Part shown: positions 7,471-16,734 of the stretch, piece after piece | Layout of the letters: every line of letters starts with the position of its first letter | How positions within the stretch are numbered: position 1 is the stretch's first letter | IMG/VR virus record: IMGVR_UViG_3300042946_000906 | Length of the DNA stretch: 64,000 nt | Origin: a virus | Taxonomy: Duplodnaviria > Heunggongvirae > Uroviricota > Caudoviricetes | Strand: one strand, 5' to 3' | Notes under the pieces: generated by a model | What the model was told of the DNA's origin: nothing | Databases searched by the model: none | Seen by the model: the letters and a program-made list of their open reading frames with translations, nothing else | Program-made: the position numbers and the translations under genes

Positions 7471-8150
7471 GTAAAGTAATTAGTATACAAGAAATTATTG
7501 ATTGGTGTGACAAACAAACAGCTGAAGGTAAAGAAATCACTCTTTGCTGGGAAGGTGGAGGAGATTCAGGATGGGTTTACTTCGAAATTGATGGTACACA
7601 AGCTGAAGGTGAAGAAATTGAGGCACTTGTAGACATGATGTACAACGAACTTGATTATGGTTCTTGGGCAGGTGAATTTTCTGCAAATGGTACAGCAACA
7701 TATGATCCTGCAACAAAGTGTTTTGAAGGTATTGACTATTATTCAGAAGATGATTGGACAAATACAACTTTTGAAGAACCATTTGCATTTTATATTCCAG
7801 GTACTCATGGTTTTGACAGCATTGAGTATAATATTGAAGGTAACTATGAAGATGACTTTAGAATAGAAGTTACATTTAATATTATAAATGGTTTTATTAC
7901 ACCAGAACTACGTGAACTTGAAAGTGAAATGTCTGAAGCAATAAAAGAAAAGTTAACTGAAGAACTTAAAGACAAAGATGTGAACTATTTTGGTACACAC
8001 AAGTTAGCAGAAAGACACGAGATGAATACTGAAAAAAGTAGTGTTATATTTCAATTTGACACTATTGAATATTCAGTTTATCAAACTGAAGAAAAAGGTA
8101 TAACAATTGATTTAAAAGAACGATTAGAAAACGAAACAAATGACAAATAA
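7467..8150 (+). CDS. strongly acidic protein (227 aa), possible DNA-mimic/anti-restriction candidate
   Basis: Very high Asp+Glu content (about 55 D/E versus about 18 K/R by eye) spread over the whole length. Confidence 0.5.
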   Translation: MSKVISIQEIIDWCDKQTAEGKEITLCWEGGGDSGWVYFEIDGTQAEGEEIEALVDMMYNELDYGSWAGEFSANGTATYDPATKCFEGIDYYSEDDWTNTTFEEPFAFYIPGTHGFDSIEYNIEGNYEDDFRIEVTFNIINGFITPELRELESEMSEAIKEKLTEELKDKDVNYFGTHKLAERHEMNTEKSSVIFQFDTIEYSVYQTEEKGITIDLKERLENETNDK

Positions 8151-8841
8151 ATTTGAAAATTACACTTTTACTGTTAGAAATGTAAGAGGTGTCGAGCTTA
8201 ATGAAGCATTACGAGTATGGAAAACTGCATATTCTTCTTTTGACGAATTTCTCAAAAATGTGATTATCTATGAATCACTTGAAGAATTTGGAGATTATGT
8301 TTCTACAGTGTGGTCTGACATTAAACCTCTTGAAATATCAGAGGCGTTTGAACAAAACAATACAGAAAAAAGAAGATTATATTTTGACACTATTGGTGTA
8401 GAAAAAATCTTTGAATCTGTAGAACCAGATTTATTGGACATGAAAGATGTTGTATTAAACAACAGAAGATGGGATGCTGATGGAAAAGAGTATCTTCAAA
8501 CAGGTCTTGACAGGTACACACTTTACAAAATTGACGGATACAAACTTTTTGGCAGTACTATTAGCGAATGGCAACGTAAAAACAGTTCTGTTTATGCTGT
8601 TAAATGTACTTGTACATCTACCGGTAGAAATTATTGGTTGTATGTGCCACGTGAAGTTGGTGAAAAAGAATCTGCATTAGAAGCAATTGCTTGGACATGC
8701 AGAATTGGAATTACAAATCCAAAAGCTATTTACAGACAAGGTGATATCTTTGTTGTAGCTGCAAATCATGACTCAAAAGTATGTGAACCATATCATTTAG
8801 ATTATGCAACATACAGTTCATTAATCCAATCTCAAACATAA
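8140..8841 (+). CDS. hypothetical protein (233 aa)
   Basis: Long co-oriented ORF. Confidence 0.55.
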   Translation: MTNKFENYTFTVRNVRGVELNEALRVWKTAYSSFDEFLKNVIIYESLEEFGDYVSTVWSDIKPLEISEAFEQNNTEKRRLYFDTIGVEKIFESVEPDLLDMKDVVLNNRRWDADGKEYLQTGLDRYTLYKIDGYKLFGSTISEWQRKNSSVYAVKCTCTSTGRNYWLYVPREVGEKESALEAIAWTCRIGITNPKAIYRQGDIFVVAANHDSKVCEPYHLDYATYSSLIQSQT

Positions 8842-9095
8842 TGGCAAAAGAATTAAAATCCAATCGAATTGTGTTAGCATCAGGTGATTTTGCTAATACT
8901 CATGCTGTTGTTTCTGACAAACAATTGCAGTATGAACACTTAGAAAACAGTGTTATTAAATTTAATGTTACAAAAGACGCAACAATTACACACGAGGAAC
9001 ATGACATAATCAAACTTTCTCCAGATGTGTATTATAAATTCAACCAAGTTGAGTTTAATCCTTTTAACAACACAGTATCATTTGTGTTTGATTAA
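8841..9095 (+). CDS. hypothetical protein (84 aa)
   Basis: Start overlaps the upstream stop (ATAATG). Confidence 0.45.
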   Translation: MAKELKSNRIVLASGDFANTHAVVSDKQLQYEHLENSVIKFNVTKDATITHEEHDIIKLSPDVYYKFNQVEFNPFNNTVSFVFD

Positions 9096-9102
9096 CAAGT
9101 AG

Positions 9103-9148
9103 TTACGAACCAGGACCTGAAAATCTTGGTTCGTAATATTTTTTTGTT
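9103..9148 (+). terminator. rho-independent terminator
   Basis: Hairpin TTACGAACCAGG-ACCTGAAAATC-TTGGTTCGTAA (11-bp stem, 1 mismatch) followed by TATTTTTTTGTTT. Confidence 0.6.
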
Positions 9149-9168
9149 TAATATTGTAAAAAAAAGAT

Positions 9169-9612
9169 ATGCAAGTTAAAATTAAAAAACTACACGAATT
9201 AGTAGAAATACCTACTTACGCTAAACCAGGAGATGCAGGAATGGATCTTACTGCAGTAAAAATTGAAAAAGATGCTTACGGTAATGCTGTAATCTATACA
9301 GGATTAGCTGTAGAAATTCCAGAAGGATACGTTGGATTAATATTTCCAAGAAGTAGCATCTCTAAATATGACATGCATTTAAGAAACAGTGTTGGCGTTA
9401 TCGATTCTGGATACAGAGGAGAAATCATGCTAAAGTTTAGTTTCTTAGAAGATGGTAACTTGTACCAAATGGGCGACAAGGTTGCTCAATTAATAATCTT
9501 ACCTTACCCACAAATTACATTTGAAGAAGTTGATGAGTTGTCAGAAACTGAACGAGGTGATGGAGGGTTTGGTTCTACAACGGTAGGTCATGACGGTCCG
9601 ACGAATTTGTAA
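9169..9612 (+). CDS. dut: dUTP diphosphatase (dUTPase)
   Basis: All dUTPase motifs in order: AGMDL (I), PRSS (II), GVIDSGYRGE (III), MGDKVAQLII (IV), RGDGGFGST (V). Confidence 0.9.
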   Translation: MQVKIKKLHELVEIPTYAKPGDAGMDLTAVKIEKDAYGNAVIYTGLAVEIPEGYVGLIFPRSSISKYDMHLRNSVGVIDSGYRGEIMLKFSFLEDGNLYQMGDKVAQLIILPYPQITFEEVDELSETERGDGGFGSTTVGHDGPTNL

Positions 9613-9632
9613 AATAAATGGTAGTGAGTTTG

Positions 9633-9665
9633 GTGTAGGTTTGTTTATTGAAAAACAACCTACAC
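9633..9665 (+). other. stem-loop downstream of dut (9-bp stem GTGTAGGTT/AACCTACAC, 15-nt loop)
   Basis: Perfect inverted repeat seen directly; no U-tract follows, so it is not a classic terminator. Confidence 0.4.
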
Positions 9666-9729
9666 TTGCTTACTTTGACCATTCGGTGTATGTCAAAATA
9701 CTTTGGTTTCAACTTGGAATTAATATTTT

Positions 9730-10104
9730 ATGGAGATAAATTTTAACACTGGACAAATAGAAATAGTTGGTCCTTATGGTAGAGTTTACTTGTACTCACA
9801 CAACACTGCTAATGAGTTAGTTAGTGTTGTTAGTGATGTACTTTCCAGACAAGTGCGATGGGATGATCCAGATTATCTTTCAAGAATGATTTTTTGCAGA
9901 ATGATACCAAAAAACAAATGGGATGACGAATTAGGATTTGGCATTGGCACTCAACTTTATAAGGATGTAAACATGTTAATTACTTTAGACACTGTTCATC
10001 AGACAATTAAAATTTCATCAGCATTTGAGACTTACATTACAAATAGCATTACGATGTCTTTTGATGATTTTTTAAACAAATATGCAGACAGTGCAGAATT
10101 GTAA
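9730..10104 (+). CDS. hypothetical protein (124 aa)
   Basis: Co-oriented ORF. Confidence 0.5.
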   Translation: MEINFNTGQIEIVGPYGRVYLYSHNTANELVSVVSDVLSRQVRWDDPDYLSRMIFCRMIPKNKWDDELGFGIGTQLYKDVNMLITLDTVHQTIKISSAFETYITNSITMSFDDFLNKYADSAEL

Positions 10105-10105
10105 A

Positions 10106-10191
10106 ATTTTACTGGAAAAAAATGACGCAATCATAGCGTTATAGTGGAAAATATTTTCTCAGAACAGTCAATTTAAACATTTTACTGGAAA
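10106..10191 (+). promoter_or_regulatory. intergenic direct repeats ATTTTACTGGAAA (10106-10118 and 10179-10191) flanking the palindrome GAAAATATTTTC
   Basis: The exact 13-nt repeat occurs twice 73 nt apart in a 127-nt gap, with a perfect 12-nt palindrome between the copies. Confidence 0.35.
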
Positions 10192-10231
10192 TTAATTAGT
10201 AGCTTGGTACTTTATTTAAGATGCAGCTACA

Positions 10232-10519
10232 ATGATATACCAATTGCCCAATGGTAAAAGTATCGAGATGTCGATAGAACAGTACTTAAGAATGACCGAT
10301 GAGGAGCTTAAAGGACTGGTTGCATATAACTTTGGTGAAGAATTTAATGATCCGTTTATATTTAGTGTTTTAAAACATGGACCATCTGGTCCTGAAGAAA
10401 CTGAAGAGATGGATGAAGAAGATTTTACTGAGGAAGAATTAGAAGACCTAACTACAATTCTTCCTGAAGAAAAGTTATATGATGACGATTACATTGACTA
10501 CGATAACTTAGAACAATAA
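10232..10519 (+). CDS. hypothetical protein with acidic C-terminal half (95 aa)
   Basis: ORF with ETEEMDEEDFTEEELEDL... tail. Confidence 0.5.
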   Translation: MIYQLPNGKSIEMSIEQYLRMTDEELKGLVAYNFGEEFNDPFIFSVLKHGPSGPEETEEMDEEDFTEEELEDLTTILPEEKLYDDDYIDYDNLEQ

Positions 10520-11127
10520 TGGACCCAGTTTCACAAAAAATATGGGATGACTTTGTGTCTAAATCAGTTCATGAAACAGGATACTGGTTTTCTACATTTA
10601 CAGCTGATGGACATGCTCATATACATTGTCATGATTTAGCCAAATGGTTAATAGAGTTCTTATCAGAACATAAAGACAAAGTCATCTATGATTTTGGTTG
10701 TGGAGATGGTTTTTATTTAGAACAATTGTACTTAAAAGGTATAAAAAATGTAATAGGTATAGAACCTGAGACTCCTTCAAAAAAACATTCTTTTAAAATT
10801 TTACCACACAATCTTGCTTTTGAATTACCTTTAACAGAAAAAGGAATTGTAATGTCTTTTGAAGTAGGAGAGCACATTCCAAAAAAATATCAAGATGCTT
10901 TTATTGACAATATAACAAAACTTTGTGATAGTTATTTAATACTATCATGGGCAATTGTTGATCAACCAGGTATTGGACATGTAAATTGTAAAAACAATCC
11001 AGATGTAATAAAACTTCTTGAAGAAAAAGGATTTACTTACTTACCAGAGTTAACAGAAATAGCAAGATCATATCCTGAAGGAATGTGTGGATATTACAAA
11101 CAAACATTGATGATATTTAAAAAATGA
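10519..11127 (+). CDS. class I SAM-dependent methyltransferase
   Basis: Motif I VIYDFGCGDGFY (E/DxGxGxG), post-I acidic loop, and SFEVGEHI (motif II/III-like). Confidence 0.6.
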   Translation: MDPVSQKIWDDFVSKSVHETGYWFSTFTADGHAHIHCHDLAKWLIEFLSEHKDKVIYDFGCGDGFYLEQLYLKGIKNVIGIEPETPSKKHSFKILPHNLAFELPLTEKGIVMSFEVGEHIPKKYQDAFIDNITKLCDSYLILSWAIVDQPGIGHVNCKNNPDVIKLLEEKGFTYLPELTEIARSYPEGMCGYYKQTLMIFKK

Positions 11128-11801
11128 AAGTAGAAATATTTAGCATAATGAAAAATGAGGAAGCAATGCTTCCTTTTTATTTGAAACATTATCAAGATAG
11201 ATTTAAAGATTGTGTCATCAACGTATATGACAACGGATCAACTGACAATAGTATTCAGATTTGTAAAGATGCAGGATGCAATGTTGGAGAGTTTCCGGTG
11301 TATACTGAAGAAATTCTTAAAAATTGGAAAAATTCAATATGGAAAAACTCAACTGCAGATTGGATAATTGTATGTGATATTGATGAATTATTGCACATTA
11401 CTGATTTTGGTTTAGAATCATTGCCAGAACATGTCAATGTAATTTCAACAAAAGGTTACACAATGATGGATGTCACAGATGATAATTTACCTATTGAAAA
11501 GTTAGATCATGGTGTTTATGCGCCACCGTATTGCAAAAACATAATGTTTAAGAATAATTACATTACTGATATGAATTATGAAATGGGTGCTCATCAATGT
11601 AACCCTGTTCCAACTCCGGTTTATTCTCAAGATGTTTATACATTATTGCATTACAACAAATACAGTTTTACATTAGAAACATTTCATAAAAAATTTCAAT
11701 TTGCAAAAGATACTATGAATAATGATCAGTTAAAAGTATTAAATGAATCATTAAATGTACTGTTTGAATCAAGTAAAATATTAGCAGTTAAACTATTATG
11801 A
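11124..11801 (+). CDS. GT-A fold (family-2-like) glycosyltransferase
   Basis: N-terminal MKNEEAMLPFYLKHY...CVINVYDNGSTDNS resembles the GT2 'DDGSTD' region; downstream DxD-like VCDIDEL. Confidence 0.45.
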   Translation: MKVEIFSIMKNEEAMLPFYLKHYQDRFKDCVINVYDNGSTDNSIQICKDAGCNVGEFPVYTEEILKNWKNSIWKNSTADWIIVCDIDELLHITDFGLESLPEHVNVISTKGYTMMDVTDDNLPIEKLDHGVYAPPYCKNIMFKNNYITDMNYEMGAHQCNPVPTPVYSQDVYTLLHYNKYSFTLETFHKKFQFAKDTMNNDQLKVLNESLNVLFESSKILAVKLL

Positions 11802-12211
11802 TACAACCTAAAAAGAAAATTTGTGATTGTTGTGAAACAGAACAGTTTATATGGAAAAATCATGATGGAAACAAGTATTGCAAACAATGCTGGTTAAAAG
11901 AACATTCCACTCCACTTCCAAAAAAAGCACCAAAACCTATAAAACCTAAAGCAGATAAACAAGATCCTCTTGATAAATTATATTCTATTATGAGAAAAGA
12001 TTTCTTATCTTTACATCCTGGATGTCAAGCAAGGTTGCAAGGTTGTAGTCTTCAAAGTACTGATGTGCATCACAAAAAAGGAAGAGGATTACATTATCTT
12101 GACAAAACAACATGGTTATCAGTATGTAGATCATGTCACACCTGGATTGAGTTACATCCAAAAGAAGCAAAAGAATTAAATTTTTCACTTAACAGATTAG
12201 AAAATGGATAA
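11798..12211 (+). CDS. HNH endonuclease-like Zn-finger protein
   Basis: CDCC...CKQCW N-terminal Zn knuckle. C-terminal DVHHKKGRG...CRSCHTWIELHP fits the HNH core (HH...N/H...CxxCH). Confidence 0.45.
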   Translation: MIQPKKKICDCCETEQFIWKNHDGNKYCKQCWLKEHSTPLPKKAPKPIKPKADKQDPLDKLYSIMRKDFLSLHPGCQARLQGCSLQSTDVHHKKGRGLHYLDKTTWLSVCRSCHTWIELHPKEAKELNFSLNRLENG

Positions 12212-12467
12212 CAAAAAATTCGTTGGTTATTTTATTATTGGCGCTGCCAATAGAGAAGAAGCTCAAAAAGGAGCTGGATTAGTATTATGGTCACAAAGTA
12301 AACCTGCTTTTATGACAAGATTGTTTAACAAAGGATTGTTAAATATCTACTGGGTCGATAAAGAAGACTACAGTCCTGTTGCAAAAGAAATGCAAGAAGA
12401 AAAAACTAAATTAGAATTTCCTAAACACAGAACTTACAGAAAGAAAAAAGTAGATGAAACAAGATAA
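12204..12467 (+). CDS. hypothetical protein (87 aa)
   Basis: Co-oriented ORF. Confidence 0.45.
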   Translation: MDNKKFVGYFIIGAANREEAQKGAGLVLWSQSKPAFMTRLFNKGLLNIYWVDKEDYSPVAKEMQEEKTKLEFPKHRTYRKKKVDETR

Positions 12468-13557
12468 ACGTGAAGAAATCCAACGTGAAGCATTATTTGC
12501 CACGGAAGGAGTTCATCGTTGTACGTTAGGTGTTTCAATGGGTGTTGGTAAGACTTATATAGGTCTTCGACATATGGATGATCAATACAATAATCATGGT
12601 GCAACTAAATTTTTAGTAGTTGCACCTAAACTTTCTATATTTACTTCATGGAAAGATGATGCTGTAAAGTTTGGTTTAGAACATTTACTACCTCACATTA
12701 AGTTTACTACATATTTATCCTTGACAAAACAAAATGTTGAGTATGATTGTATTTACTTAGATGAGTGTCATAACTTATTGTATACCCATGAATCATATCT
12801 TTTGTTTTACCATGGTAAAATAGTAGGATTATCCGGAACACCTCCGCGTCACGCCACTTCAGAAAAAGGAATAATGGTTAGCAGATATTGTCCAATTGTG
12901 TATTCATACATAACAGACGATGCAGTTGATGATAACATACTTAATGATTATCGTATTGTTGTACATTTATTACCATTATCTACTCAAAAAACATACAAAG
13001 TCACCAAGAAAAATGGTGGATTTTTTATGACTTCTGAACGTGATCATTACAATTATTGGACAAACACCATAGATAAAGAATTTTCTATTGGTTCAAAACA
13101 AAAATTACGCATATTGCGTATGCAAGGATTGATGCAATATCCTACCAAAGAAAGATATGCAAAGCATTTATTGGAGCATGTTGATGACAAATGCATAGTA
13201 TTTTGCAATAACACTGACCAAGCTGATAGAGTTTGTGAGAACAGTTATCATAGTAAAAATGTTAACAGTGAGGATAACTTGGAAGCATTTAAACAAGGAT
13301 TGTTTAACTGTTTATCATGTGTTCAACAATTAAACGAAGGTGTAAATATTCCAAATTTAAAGTATGGAATTATCATGCACTCGTATAGTAATGAACGTAA
13401 AAGTAATCAACGTATTGGTAGATTATTAAGACTTAATCCGGATCAACAATCTGTTATACATATTCTTGCTTACAAAGATACTGTTGATACAGAATGGATA
13501 ATCAGTGCGTTAAGTGATTTAGACCAATCAAAAATTACATGGAAAAATATTGAATAA
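12454..13557 (+). CDS. superfamily-2 DNA/RNA helicase (DEAD/DEAH-like)
   Basis: Walker A GVSMGVGKT, motif II IYLDECHN (DExH), motif VI-like QRIGRLLR. Confidence 0.7.
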   Translation: MKQDKREEIQREALFATEGVHRCTLGVSMGVGKTYIGLRHMDDQYNNHGATKFLVVAPKLSIFTSWKDDAVKFGLEHLLPHIKFTTYLSLTKQNVEYDCIYLDECHNLLYTHESYLLFYHGKIVGLSGTPPRHATSEKGIMVSRYCPIVYSYITDDAVDDNILNDYRIVVHLLPLSTQKTYKVTKKNGGFFMTSERDHYNYWTNTIDKEFSIGSKQKLRILRMQGLMQYPTKERYAKHLLEHVDDKCIVFCNNTDQADRVCENSYHSKNVNSEDNLEAFKQGLFNCLSCVQQLNEGVNIPNLKYGIIMHSYSNERKSNQRIGRLLRLNPDQQSVIHILAYKDTVDTEWIISALSDLDQSKITWKNIE

Positions 13558-14128
13558 AATGAGAGAAACTTCTAATTTTAACAGATTAAAAGAAACACTT
13601 TTAGAAAATTCAAATGCAGACACATGGGAAAAAGCAAAAAAAGAATGGGAATTAAAATACTGTTATGTAAGTAATGACCATTGTAGTTGCGGACATGAAA
13701 TAATGAATGTGTTTCTTATAGAAAACAAATTAAATAGTGAACAACTTAAAATTGGTTCATCCTGTATTGATCACTTTAAAGATCGTGACATGTCAAGTTC
13801 TGCAAAGAATTTGCTTAAACGTCAAAAGTATTTAAAAAGTCAAAATGACAACTTAAACACAACTCTTGAAAAACAAATGTTTGATGATTGTTTGTTAAAA
13901 ATTGTTGAAAAAAGTTTAAAAGCAGGTGTAATAAATCAATGGGAATTTGATTTCTACTCTAAAGTACAAAAATACCGTTCACATACTGAAAAACAACAAG
14001 TAGTGCTTAAACGTGTAAAAAACAAACTTAATAGTTTTGTTGTAAAAAATCCATCTGATGACGATGTAAAAAAAGTAAAAGTGTTGCTAAAATGTTTAAA
14101 AGAAAAAAATGCAGAACATAACAGTTAA
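13550..14128 (+). CDS. hypothetical protein with Cys/His cluster (192 aa)
   Basis: CYVSNDHCSCGHE...SSCIDHF potential Zn site. Confidence 0.5.
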   Translation: MNKMRETSNFNRLKETLLENSNADTWEKAKKEWELKYCYVSNDHCSCGHEIMNVFLIENKLNSEQLKIGSSCIDHFKDRDMSSSAKNLLKRQKYLKSQNDNLNTTLEKQMFDDCLLKIVEKSLKAGVINQWEFDFYSKVQKYRSHTEKQQVVLKRVKNKLNSFVVKNPSDDDVKKVKVLLKCLKEKNAEHNS

Positions 14129-14486
14129 ATTTGGAAAACATAATGGTGAACTAAAACCATTGACAATTACAGATGCAACATTGTACAATCAGTTTAAAAA
14201 TGATCTTGCAGATGGTGAAATGATAGAATTATATATCACTAAACTATCAGATGAAGATGATAAAACTATTGGACAATTAGCAAAAGTACACGCGTCTATT
14301 AGAGATTTGGCAAGATTTACAGGTCACACATTTGAAGAAATGAAAGATGCTGTAAAAGAAAAAGCAGGACTTTATGATCCTGCTTCTAAAGAGTATAAGA
14401 GTTTTGCTGAATGTAGTAAAACTGAATTATCAGACGCTATACAAATCTGTATAGAGATTGGTAATACTGTTGGATTTTACTTTTGA
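14109..14486 (+). CDS. hypothetical protein (125 aa)
   Basis: Co-oriented ORF. Confidence 0.5.
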   Translation: MQNITVKFGKHNGELKPLTITDATLYNQFKNDLADGEMIELYITKLSDEDDKTIGQLAKVHASIRDLARFTGHTFEEMKDAVKEKAGLYDPASKEYKSFAECSKTELSDAIQICIEIGNTVGFYF

Positions 14487-14505
14487 TTATTAATGGTAAA
14501 TAGTA

Positions 14506-14862
14506 TTACTTTTCTTCTTGTACAGCTTGATCTTGTTGTTCTTGAATTTTTTTCTTAAGATCTTCTTGAGTAATAAAATTTGTCTGTCCTTCTGCTTTAG
14601 CATTTTTCTGAAATTCAGATAAAAGAATAAGCATTGTTTCAAGATGAAAATCACTTTCTTCAGAGATTGTTTGAGATTTTACTTTTTCAAGAAATGTTTG
14701 GATTTCTTCATTAGATTTACCTTTTAACATTGATAAATAAAGTCCTTGCAATCTTTGAAAAAATGATGTACTCATTTTAATGTTTACAATTGCTTTTTCA
14801 TCAATAACTTCAACAAGATCTTCTGCTTGTTTTGTAGAAGGTTTTTTAGTTTGCTTTGCCAT
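14506..14862 (-). CDS. hypothetical Lys/Glu-rich helical protein (118 aa), the only minus-strand gene inside the early/middle + block
   Basis: Clean ORF converging on 14109..14486 and diverging from the UDG gene; the divergent gap holds a TTAATTAATTAA palindrome. Confidence 0.5.
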   Translation of the reverse strand: MAKQTKKPSTKQAEDLVEVIDEKAIVNIKMSTSFFQRLQGLYLSMLKGKSNEEIQTFLEKVKSQTISEESDFHLETMLILLSEFQKNAKAEGQTNFITQEDLKKKIQEQQDQAVQEEK

Positions 14863-14904
14863 GGTTTTATAATTAATTAATTAACGCACAAATATATACA
14901 ATAA

Positions 14905-15642
14905 ATGTCAAATATACCAAATAAATTAACACCACAAGAATATGCATCAAAAATGTATGAAATGCTTAAACCATCCGGGTGGCATAATGTTTTAAAAGGT
15001 TTTCTATTGTCAGAAGACTTTGTACACATTATAAAAGTACTCGAAAATTGTGTTGCTGAAGATCTACGTTTTACTCCACCATTGAAACAAGTATTTAGAG
15101 CATTTATGGAATGTCCATATGATACAACCAATGTGATTATAGTAGGACAAGATCCGTATCCTCAATTAGGTGTTGCTGATGGTATTGCTTTTTCGTGTGG
15201 TAACACCAAAAAACCAGAGGCATCATTACGTTACATATTCAAAGAAGTAAACAAAATTGTTTACAATAATGAAAAAGATGTAGCTACGTTTGATCCAGAT
15301 TTATCACGATGGTCAAAGCAAGGTATTCTTATGTTGAATACTTCTCTTACTACAGAAATTGGTAAGATTGGTAAACACATTCCTATATGGGATCCGTTTA
15401 ACAAATATCTTATCGACATGCTTAATGCAAATGACAAAGAATACATCTGGGTTCTTATGGGTAAACAAGCGCAACAGAACGAAGATTTGATTGATAACAT
15501 TCTGAATAACACACAGATACTAAAATGTTCACATCCAGCATCAGCAGCATATCAAAAGTCTGCTGAATGGAATAGTAACAACATTTTTAATCAGGTAAAT
15601 GATGCTTTAAAAGCAGCAAATAAACCAAAAATAGTGTGGTAA
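14905..15642 (+). CDS. ung: uracil-DNA glycosylase (family 1 UNG-like)
   Basis: Water-activating loop VIIVGQDPYP (GQDPY), SKQGILMLNTSLT (Leu-intercalation loop region) and C-terminal HPS motif (CSHPASAAY). Confidence 0.8.
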   Translation: MSNIPNKLTPQEYASKMYEMLKPSGWHNVLKGFLLSEDFVHIIKVLENCVAEDLRFTPPLKQVFRAFMECPYDTTNVIIVGQDPYPQLGVADGIAFSCGNTKKPEASLRYIFKEVNKIVYNNEKDVATFDPDLSRWSKQGILMLNTSLTTEIGKIGKHIPIWDPFNKYLIDMLNANDKEYIWVLMGKQAQQNEDLIDNILNNTQILKCSHPASAAYQKSAEWNSNNIFNQVNDALKAANKPKIVW

Positions 15643-15709
15643 TTATTTGTTTAACTCTCAAAAGTTTATTATCTTCGTAGTCTAATTTAAACTTTATATA
15701 TTTAGTTCC

Positions 15710-16696
15710 ATGGTTGATGAACCAAAAAAAATAGAATGGAAACAGTATGGTGAAGTGATGAACGAGGGTATCAAATACATTCACTCAAGAGCCAGTGGAA
15801 GTATTAAATCTTTAAAAACTCAATGGAAACAATTCAACAAGATTGGATTAAACGGTATTGAGTGGCAATCACTATATGTTATCGCTGCAAGACCAGGAGT
15901 TGGTAAAACTCTTATTGCAGCATCTTTAACACGAGAATTACAGCGTTTGAATCCTGAACAGGATTTTGCTGTACTGCATTTTCAATTTGAGATGCTTGGT
16001 AGAAACATGGCGTTGCGTGAATTATCAGCAACCAGTGGATTAAATATCAGATATTTACAGTCTGCACAAGATGACGGTATGCCACCGTTAACCAGTGCAG
16101 ATTTTAACAAGTTAAAAGAATATGCAAGTAAACAAGGTATTAGAAAGGAGTACATTATTGACAAAGCATTGACTGTAAATGAAATGCGTAGTGCTATTTT
16201 TAGTTTCTACAATACAATGAAAAAACCTTTTGTTATTACTTTGGATCATACTCTTTTAGTAAAACAATCCGGTAGTGAGAATAATAAGCAATCAACTTTA
16301 CAAAATCTTGCTATCATGATGACAGAAATGAAAAATATGTTGCCAGTGACTTTCATTGTACTGACGCAATTGAACAGAGAAATTGACGATCCAGAACGTC
16401 AGAAACCGACAGGGAGAGGTGAAGGACACTATCCCACTGAGTCTGATGTTTATGGTAGTGATTTTTTACTTCAATGTGCAGATGTTATGATTGCTTTTAA
16501 CCGCCCAGCAAAGTATAATTTAGGACTTTATGGACCAAATAAGTATGTCATAGATGATAAGTTCCTGCTGGCAATGCATATTTTGAAGAATCGATTTGGT
16601 GATGTTGGTATTCAATGGTACAGAGCAGAATATGCTAAAATGACCATTGTGGAAGCTGCCACGCCATCAACTCGAATAATTAGTAGTTCAAGTTAA
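15710..16696 (+). CDS. DnaB-like replicative helicase (C-terminal RecA-like domain)
   Basis: H1 IAARPGVGKT, H1a HFQFEM, H2 ITLDHTLLV, H3 VLTQLNREID, H4 ESDVYGSDFLLQCADVMIAFNR. Confidence 0.75.
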   Translation: MVDEPKKIEWKQYGEVMNEGIKYIHSRASGSIKSLKTQWKQFNKIGLNGIEWQSLYVIAARPGVGKTLIAASLTRELQRLNPEQDFAVLHFQFEMLGRNMALRELSATSGLNIRYLQSAQDDGMPPLTSADFNKLKEYASKQGIRKEYIIDKALTVNEMRSAIFSFYNTMKKPFVITLDHTLLVKQSGSENNKQSTLQNLAIMMTEMKNMLPVTFIVLTQLNREIDDPERQKPTGRGEGHYPTESDVYGSDFLLQCADVMIAFNRPAKYNLGLYGPNKYVIDDKFLLAMHILKNRFGDVGIQWYRAEYAKMTIVEAATPSTRIISSSS

Positions 16697-16734
16697 ATGT
16701 AAAAATGTAAAATGTAAATTAAAATGTAATTATT
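16697..16734 (+). repeat. short tandem repeat (A)ATGTAAA x4-5
   Basis: TAAATGTAAAAATGTAAAATGTAAATTAAAATGTAATTATT read directly. Confidence 0.4.

Noticed and set aside
7651-7866. Same-strand alternative-frame ORFs inside longer genes (7651..7866, 8474..8680, 26158..26379, 26955..27248, 27989..28231, 28302..28595, 29228..29671)
   Set aside because: Overlap well-supported genes; low-complexity or hydrophobic translations; no independent start context.
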